Shown here one piece after another: positions 58,701 to 64,000 of a stretch of DNA of 64,000 bases. The stretch comes from Ostreococcus lucimarinus. Lineage: Eukaryota. The DNA is taken from assembly GCA_000092065.1 (NCBI GenBank), contig CP000591.1. One strand, written 5' to 3'. A program made the translations under genes and the position numbers. A model generated the notes under the pieces. That model was not told where the DNA came from. It was given only the letters and a program-made list of their open reading frames with translations, and did not search any database. Numbering within the stretch: the first letter of the stretch is position 1; each line of letters begins with the position of its first letter.

Positions 58701-59008
58701 GCGTACACCTCGCGCAACGATCGCGCGTTCTTCACGTTCGCCGTCAGCAACGCCGGCGAGGGCGCGTTCCCGCGTCTCGCTCCTCCGCTCCCCCCCGTCG
58801 TCGTTCCCATCGTCGTCATCGCGTTCGTTTTCCTCGCCGCCGGCGCCGGCGTCGCGCCCAGTCCGCACGCCGCCCGCGCGTCCGCGCGCGACATCCCTCC
58901 GACCTCGAGCGCGCGCGCGCGCGCCTTCGCGCGCTCCTTCTTCCCCATCTTCTTTTTCTTCGCCGTCGCCGTCGTCGTCGCGTCGCCGTCGCCGTCGCCG
59001 TCGCCCAT
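55736..59008 (-). CDS. Fusion protein: ~12 OPR/HPR (FAST-kinase-like) repeats followed by a FAD-dependent monooxygenase domain and a Lys-rich tail
   Basis: The repeats are ~38 aa, of type FN[ST]Q[ED]L[TS]NTxWAFAKxGxxDxxLFxALA. In the same ORF come the FAD-binding GRVIIAGGGIGGAAAAVALQSKGFDVIVLE, RVTLIGDAAHPMTPFKAQGANQAMSDA and a C-terminal KKEKKAKKAKKEKKEKK. There is no stop codon between the repeat array and the monooxygenase domain. ATG at 59006-59008. Confidence 0.7.
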   Translation of the reverse strand: MGDGDGDGDATTTATAKKKKMGKKERAKARARALEVGGMSRADARAACGLGATPAPAARKTNAMTTMGTTTGGSGGARRGNAPSPALLTANVKNARSLREVYALRDESAGRMNHIHLSAVWTSVGRMRCDGERASSSDGDGMNDAHERLIAHTIEFVRDERSKMGGRELANVAHGAAKGGGSEELFAALAKAIERHLGGIDRGQELANIAWAFAKADYKCERLFSALARMAERHAERFNSQELTNTCWAFASVGHADARLFKALARCVERRLGEFNTQGLSNTAWGFAKSGFVDVGLFRAMSQKAQERLDDFNAQDFSNLIYAFAKAGQYDAKLFTTLAKHAERHLSALNAQGLTNTVWSFSKCGHLDAELFSKFGRSIERRMTANASEFNSQDIANTAWAFGKACHHDEKLFTSLASLSERCLADFNTQDLVNTTWAFAKLGRYDAKLFVAARKSILDHRLNDLDAPNIANIVWTFDQASQLSEALFVALASAAEHQADNFNAQDLVNVAWTFANSGQVNDALFTALARSVKRLMDEFSDEELNNLEWAFTTAGQHSVVKHLKQQRHGANNEKYGPPVDVSKCGRVIIAGGGIGGAAAAVALQSKGFDVIVLESDESFDARAQGYGLTVQAQDAIQAMGVDISQDDAPSTSHYTFDAEGHIIGFFGEAFGAKSRERREVQNSGRFIHIPRQVLRSRIIEAVQPGTIRWNSKLKSFVARENGVSVASTDGTELDGALLVGSDGIFSTVRRHLDLPGDRLNYVGLCVVLGIVDEKIMNVPLAHRRIFETVDGATRLYAMPFTTTSTMWQLSFPCSEETARQYTKDATTLKEEIVRRCAQWHDPVPDLLRNTPLDCMSGYPVYDRELLDPVLLRPTDESKRRVTLIGDAAHPMTPFKAQGANQAMSDAVLLADTLVDGVRKHGPNSGFDFALPIFEQKMLSRSSRMVVGSREKAKEMHSPLALQPARKAQREAEFDMQKTLRVLREKGIGAQNASDPRGLDDLIETEAISSPLDSTSDHTAIDWMEQGGGDSQGKKVVFEDSEADEDAPEAEVKDKKRKTHEFKKEKKAKKAKKEKKEKKEKKEKDGKKSKL

Positions 59009-59046
59009 CGTCGCCACTGCGCGTCGCGCACTGCGCGTTCGGCGTC

Positions 59047-59763
59047 ATGGCGCCGGGCGTCGAGATGGTGCGCGTCGAGCGCGCCGAGCGCGCGTACGAT
59101 CGAGAGAAAGCGCTCGGTCGAGACGCCGCGAGCGTGTTCCCGTCGCTCGCGCGCGACGGCGACGGCGCCGCCGACGGAGACGCGCGAAAAGACGACGACG
59201 ACGCGACGCGCAAAAAGTTTGTCACCGAGAGCGAGCTCGAACGACTTCGCGCGCTCGGCGGGAGCGACGGCGGGGACGCGAGCGGCGCGAGCGACGCGCG
59301 AAACGACGACGCGAACGCGGGTAAACCGCTGTATCAAATCCTGGCCGAGCGCCGGGAAGAGAAAGATCGCGAGTTTCAAGAGCAGTGGGCGTCGATGAAG
59401 GTTGGGAAGAATAAACCGCTGGACGAGGAGGAGGTGGAATTTTTAGATGAAATCGAGAGCGAACGACGGGCGGCGGAGACGAAGAGGAAGCGCGAGGAAG
59501 ACGGTGAGTTAGAGGCGTTTAAACGGGCGCAGCGAGGGGACGATCAGGGAGGGATGACGACGACGAAGGGCGACGGAGAGACGGCGACGACGAGCGCGCC
59601 GGCGGCGGTGGTGGCGAGGAAGCGACCGTCCGCGGGCGTGCGAGCGAAACCGAAGACGGCGATCGCGAGCGAGACGAAGGAGACGGACGATGCGAGCGAG
59701 GGGCTCGGCGGTCTTTTGGGCGATTACGGCTCCGATTCGGACGACGACATCGCGGACTCGTAG
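59047..59763 (+). CDS. FAM192A/NIP30 (PIP30)-like protein
   Basis: KKFVTESELERLRAL, KPLYQILAERREEKDREFQEQWASMKVGKN and LDEEEVEFLDEIE, with an acidic Ser/Asp C-terminus, parallel the FAM192A domain layout. Confidence 0.55.
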   Translation: MAPGVEMVRVERAERAYDREKALGRDAASVFPSLARDGDGAADGDARKDDDDATRKKFVTESELERLRALGGSDGGDASGASDARNDDANAGKPLYQILAERREEKDREFQEQWASMKVGKNKPLDEEEVEFLDEIESERRAAETKRKREEDGELEAFKRAQRGDDQGGMTTTKGDGETATTSAPAAVVARKRPSAGVRAKPKTAIASETKETDDASEGLGGLLGDYGSDSDDDIADS

Positions 59764-59874
59764 TTCGGCGGCGCAAAGGCGGCGCGTCGAATTCGCTTCA
59801 TGTTATTTTGATGAACCAATCAAGCCTCATTCGCGCGCGCGCGTCGTCGTCAGCGTCGTCGACGTCGCGAAGAC

Positions 59875-62874
59875 ATGATCGCATCCTCGCTTGGCGTCGC
59901 CCGAACGTCGTTCGAGCCGCGTCAGAGCGCCGCGGAACGACGAATACGACGCGTTTCTGCGCACCAGTCCACAACCCCCGAAGGCGTTCGCGGATGCGTC
60001 GTCGTGCGACGCCACCGCGGGCGTTCGAGCTCGCGTTGCGTCGCGCGCGCGGTGCATTACGCATGTGATGACGCCACGCCGTCGTGCGTCGCGCGCGATG
60101 CGCACGCGTGCGGACGAAATGGTGCGAGATACGATCCACTCAGGTTGTTGCTTCGGGACGGGACGTCCACGCGCGAGACGACGCGGCGACTGGTGCGATG
60201 TGTGCGATGCGGCGCCGCGGGCGAGAGTCGCGAAAAGAATGAGATGGTAGCGTCGAGCTGTGGGAAAGCGGACGAACGCGTGCGAGGGAAGGTGCGGCGA
60301 GCGTTGCTCGCGAGCGCGGCGAGCGCGGGCGGGTTCGCGGGACGCGCGGGAGCGTTATCGGGAGACGGCGGTTCTGGAGGCGCGGTGGGCGATGGTGGTG
60401 GGGGCGACGACGGTGGTTCGTTCGGTTCAAGTGGAGATAAACCCATATTTGCGTCCAGTGGTCGAAGTGGAGATGGAATTTTGGAGGAAGTGGTGATGCT
60501 TGACGTGCACGGCATGCACTGCGGCGGATGCGCGGCGAGCGTGCGGAAAATCTTGGAGGGCGATGACGCCGTGCGAAGCGCGTCGGTGAATTTGGCCAAT
60601 GAGTCCGCCATGGTACGCATTAATTTAGCGATGGGCAAGCTTGAGGGAGGTGAATTTGAAAATGCCGTGAAGGAGGCGGCAAAGAGTGTCGGCACCAAGT
60701 TGGCTGAGCTCGTCACTGCCGCAGGGTTCCCGACGTCTCTGCGCGACGCTGGTGGAGTCGCTGTTGCGGGAGTTACGGGTGCCGAGGCGACGAAACTAAA
60801 GAGAGACGAACGTTTGCGACGGATTAAAGAAAGCACGCAGCGCGTGATCGTGGCTTGGGCTCTCGCGAGCGCGTGCTTGTTGGGACACGTTTCACATTTT
60901 TTCCACGCGAGCGCGCCGTGGCTCAGAGTCTTGCACAGTAATCCCGTTCACATCACGCTCTCGCTCTTTGCCATGGCAGGACCAGGGCGTCAGATTTTGA
61001 TTGATGGCTGGCAAAGTTTGCGACGAGGAGGTCCGAATATGAACACGTTGGTATCCCTCGGAGCCATGGCATCTTTTTCGATGAGCACGGCGGCCATGAT
61101 GCTCCCAGGCTTAGGTTGGCCCACGTTCTTCGAGGAGCCCGTCATGTTACTAGCATTCGTACTTCTTGGGAGAGCAGTCGAGGAACGTGCCAAGCTTCAA
61201 GCAACGAGTGATATGTCTGCGCTACTGAATCTAGTGCCAGAGACCGCTCGCTTGGTGTCATCGACTTCCACGGCAAACGGAGATGAGCCATACTATCGTA
61301 CAGTTCCGACGTCTGTCATCGAAGTAAAGGATAAAATCATCGTTTTACCTGGAGATAGAATTCCCATCGATGGCACGGTAGTGAGTGGATGCAGTACGGT
61401 GGATGAAGCCGCCATCACTGGCGAGCCAATCCCTCGGCCGAAAAAAGCCGGCGACACGGTAGCGGCGGGAACAGTGAACTGTGATGGCGTTTTGACGATT
61501 GAAGTCGTGTCTTCAGGAGAAGAAACGCAAGTAGCTGGTATCGTTCGCATGGTGGAGTCAGCGCAACAACGCGAAGCGCCAGTGCAGCGACTTGCAGATC
61601 AAGTCTCTGGCAAGTTTGTGTACGGTGTGATGGCAGCGAGCGCGGCGACGTTCACGTTTTGGAGCACCGTCGGCACGAAAGTCTTCCCCGGTGTTCTTGC
61701 GACAGCTGCTTCGGCAACTAATGCACCAATTTTGATTGCACTTCAAATGACGGCGTCAGTCTTAGTCGTTGCGTGCCCGTGTGCTCTTGGTTTGGCGACG
61801 CCGACGGCGGTACTCGTCGGCACGGCGCTCGGCGCCCGCCATGGCCTTCTCATTCGCGGTGGAGACATCTTAGAAAAAGCCAACAATTTAGACACCGTTA
61901 TTTTCGACAAAACTGGAACGTTGACTATTGGTAAACCAGTATTGACGGAAACGCGCACAAGCGGGGGCTTTAGCGACGCTGAAATCATCGCTCTTGCGGG
62001 AGCGGTCGAGCGAAACTGTCGCCACCCGTTGGCGTTAGCCATCACCGAAGCGGCTGATAAGCAAGGAATTCCCCGGCATTCAGTTGATGAAGGAACGTTC
62101 AAGCAGGAGCCCGGCGCTGGAGCGAGTGCTGTGGTGAATAAGAAGCTGGTTTCCGTCGGCACAACCTTCTACATTCAAGGCAACAATACCGTGCCGATGG
62201 AGCTGATCAATGCCGTGGACAACCCAGGTCGCACGCCGGTGTACGTCGGAATCGATGGCAAAATCGTGGGTGTTTTAGAGATGCAAGACGAAATTCGTAA
62301 GGACGCGGCCGAAACCATCAAGCGACTTCATGCGAAGAATATACAAACTATCATGATTTCGGGCGACAGGCTTGAAACGGCCCAAGCAGTAGGCAAACTC
62401 GTGGGCATCGATGAAAAGTACGTATACGGGGATGTACGACCCGAGGGAAAAGCTGAACTCGTACAAGACTTTCAGTCGAAGGGCAAATGCGTCGCAATGG
62501 TCGGTGATGGTATCAACGACGCCGCAGCTTTGGCACAGGCAGACATCGGCATCGCCATGGCGGGCGGCGTCGGCGCCGCAAGCGAAGTCGCTTCCATCGT
62601 CTTGCTCGGCGATAGATTACCGCAAGTCGGCGATGCGATCGACTTGAGCAGAGCAACGTTTAACAAAATTAAGCAGAATCTGTGTTGGGCTTTTGGGTAC
62701 AACCTGATCGGTATTCCGATAGCCGCTGGCGCTTTATTGCCAGCATATGGATTGTCGCTCACGCCATCCGTGGCGGGCGCCATCATGGGATTTTCATCCC
62801 TTGGTGTCATGGGGAACTCTTTACTTTTGAAACTAAAAGGTCGAGAGCTTTCGAAGGCCGAGGAAGATGATTAA
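59875..62874 (+). CDS. Copper-transporting P1B-type ATPase (HMA/PAA-like) with an N-terminal presequence and one HMA domain
   Basis: HMA motif GMHCGGCAASV, CPC in CPCALGLATP, DKTGTLT, GDGINDAAALAQADIGIAMAGG. The true start may be the downstream ATG at 60244 (876 aa), since only 111 bp separate it from the upstream gene. Confidence 0.85.
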   Translation: MIASSLGVARTSFEPRQSAAERRIRRVSAHQSTTPEGVRGCVVVRRHRGRSSSRCVARAVHYACDDATPSCVARDAHACGRNGARYDPLRLLLRDGTSTRETTRRLVRCVRCGAAGESREKNEMVASSCGKADERVRGKVRRALLASAASAGGFAGRAGALSGDGGSGGAVGDGGGGDDGGSFGSSGDKPIFASSGRSGDGILEEVVMLDVHGMHCGGCAASVRKILEGDDAVRSASVNLANESAMVRINLAMGKLEGGEFENAVKEAAKSVGTKLAELVTAAGFPTSLRDAGGVAVAGVTGAEATKLKRDERLRRIKESTQRVIVAWALASACLLGHVSHFFHASAPWLRVLHSNPVHITLSLFAMAGPGRQILIDGWQSLRRGGPNMNTLVSLGAMASFSMSTAAMMLPGLGWPTFFEEPVMLLAFVLLGRAVEERAKLQATSDMSALLNLVPETARLVSSTSTANGDEPYYRTVPTSVIEVKDKIIVLPGDRIPIDGTVVSGCSTVDEAAITGEPIPRPKKAGDTVAAGTVNCDGVLTIEVVSSGEETQVAGIVRMVESAQQREAPVQRLADQVSGKFVYGVMAASAATFTFWSTVGTKVFPGVLATAASATNAPILIALQMTASVLVVACPCALGLATPTAVLVGTALGARHGLLIRGGDILEKANNLDTVIFDKTGTLTIGKPVLTETRTSGGFSDAEIIALAGAVERNCRHPLALAITEAADKQGIPRHSVDEGTFKQEPGAGASAVVNKKLVSVGTTFYIQGNNTVPMELINAVDNPGRTPVYVGIDGKIVGVLEMQDEIRKDAAETIKRLHAKNIQTIMISGDRLETAQAVGKLVGIDEKYVYGDVRPEGKAELVQDFQSKGKCVAMVGDGINDAAALAQADIGIAMAGGVGAASEVASIVLLGDRLPQVGDAIDLSRATFNKIKQNLCWAFGYNLIGIPIAAGALLPAYGLSLTPSVAGAIMGFSSLGVMGNSLLLKLKGRELSKAEEDD

Positions 62875-62949
62875 GACAAGTAGAACTCTTAGGATACTGT
62901 TGTAGCAGCAATCAATTGAAATTATTTCTAAGTTGGTGAGCAAACTCCA

Positions 62950-63816
62950 CTACTTTTGCGCTTGAGCGAAGAACTCCTTTCCGCGATCTTCGATCTCCTT
63001 CAAGTATTCCGCCTGCACGCGCTGCGCGTACGATCCGTTCGGAAGATTCAGCACCACACCCTCCATGCGTCGCTGCAGATCCTTCGCGAACGCCGTCTCG
63101 TTGTAGCCTTCATTGGAAATTTCGGCAAAGCTTGTCGGCCACGCCTCGGCATTGGAGCGAATCACCTTGTCGAGCGCGGAAGACTTCTCATCCAGCTCGC
63201 GCGCGGCGTACAATTGCAACAATCTTTGCAAAATATGCACCATACCATCGAGTCCGTTCTCGTCAGACTTACGAATCCACGCGTAGAGCGTGTTCAACGT
63301 GCGCTCATCCACCGTCACCGCTTGGAGCTCATTGCGCATGCGCTCCAACGCGTCGGCTCGCAGAGGCACGTCGAATTCCCCCGAAGACGGGTCCGCGGCC
63401 GCCCCGACGACTCTTTGCAAGCTCTCGCTCGCCTCCTCCATCGTGCTCTCGGTCTTCTCAACCATAGCCTCGATGAGTTTCATGCACTTGGTCGCCGTGT
63501 CCATGATTTTCGTCTTCGTCGCGCTCTCCGTCGCCGTGTCGCTCCTCGACGCGAATCGCATCCACATCTTTTGATCAAACATCAGCACGTTCTCGACGAC
63601 AATCTTCCCTAACTCCTCTTCGCTCGCGCTCGCGAGCATGAGATCGATCACGGCGTCCATCGCCGCGAGTTCGCTCACCGCGTTGTCCTTCCCGGCGGCG
63701 TGCGCGACGACGAACCGTTTCGTCGTCTTCGTTCGCATCGCGCGCGCCGCGCCCCGTCTCGCGCGCGTCGCCGTCGCCGTCGGCGTCTTCACCGCGCGCG
63801 TCGCCATCGTCGTCAT
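62950..63816 (-). CDS. Hypothetical protein with an organellar-looking Ala/Arg/Thr-rich presequence
   Basis: ORF with no recognised domain; mature part ...FVVAHAAGKDNAVSELAAMDAVIDLMLASASEEEL...; helical and acidic. First ATG at 63814-63816; the track start is an alternative codon. Confidence 0.35.
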   Translation of the reverse strand: MTTMATRAVKTPTATATRARRGAARAMRTKTTKRFVVAHAAGKDNAVSELAAMDAVIDLMLASASEEELGKIVVENVLMFDQKMWMRFASRSDTATESATKTKIMDTATKCMKLIEAMVEKTESTMEEASESLQRVVGAAADPSSGEFDVPLRADALERMRNELQAVTVDERTLNTLYAWIRKSDENGLDGMVHILQRLLQLYAARELDEKSSALDKVIRSNAEAWPTSFAEISNEGYNETAFAKDLQRRMEGVVLNLPNGSYAQRVQAEYLKEIEDRGKEFFAQAQK

Positions 63817-64000
63817 CGCGCGTCGCGTCGCGCGGCGCCTTCTGACGTCCGGCGGCGTCGCTTTATCCGCAGCGACGTCGACGCGCGAGGCGCGGCGCGG
63901 CGAGCGCACAGCGCGACGCGACGCGACGCGGGCGAGCGAGCGCACAGCGCGCGCGACGGACGGACCCGACGCGCGGCCGTCGACGACGAAGGAAGGCAAG

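Overview
This window reads as GC-rich (~65%), very gene-dense eukaryotic nuclear DNA, not a prokaryotic locus. About 45 protein-coding genes lie on both strands with 40-300 bp intergenic spacers. Several genes are head-to-head pairs whose start codons sit 0-70 bp apart. Introns are rare and short, following a GTGCGT...CTGAC...CAG pattern. Gene content includes plastid-type proteins (an LPA1-like TPR protein, a DPE2 glucanotransferase with CBM20 domains, an HMA copper P-type ATPase, an SLC17/ANTR-like MFS transporter) and an OPR/HPR-repeat protein. Codons run to Arg/Ala/Asp/Thr low-complexity stretches. Together this suggests a compact green-algal (prasinophyte/Mamiellophyceae-like) genome; that placement is inference only.

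Recognised genes include an FtsH-like protease, a USP deubiquitinase, DJ-1/PfpI, a kinesin, AsnRS, a Sec16-like protein, a U2AF65-like factor, SDE2, an SLC35B transporter, a diflavin reductase, a GH1 beta-glucosidase, DPE2, EngA/Der, an RNF5-like RING protein, a divergent histone H3/H4 pair, prolidase, an RluA pseudouridine synthase, SNM1, a protein kinase, a trypsin-like protease and a Cu-ATPase.

The most interesting observations, in order:
1. A candidate SelW/Rdx-like selenoprotein gene with an in-frame TGA, a 97-nt intron and a SECIS-like 3' UTR hairpin, invisible to ATG-to-stop ORF scanning.
2. A 1.74-kb near-identical direct duplication (20620-22356 and 27065-28801) that splits a diflavin-reductase/beta-glucosidase gene pair. 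It brackets a ~4.7-kb low-GC (~40-50%) island carrying a MYB pseudogene and two cell-surface protein genes, with an 8-bp palindrome exactly at the junction.
3. A single ORF fusing ~12 OPR/HPR repeats to a FAD-dependent monooxygenase domain.
4. Three 102-bp tandem repeats in the kinesin/AsnRS bidirectional promoter, carrying a CAAACAGTGA motif that recurs upstream of other plus-strand genes.
5. A WHEP-like insertion inside the AsnRS catalytic core.

The ORF track marks many ORFs as starting with M although the codon is TTG or GTG; start coordinates here were re-derived from the first plausible ATG and are approximate. No tRNA, rRNA, CRISPR or transposase genes were found.
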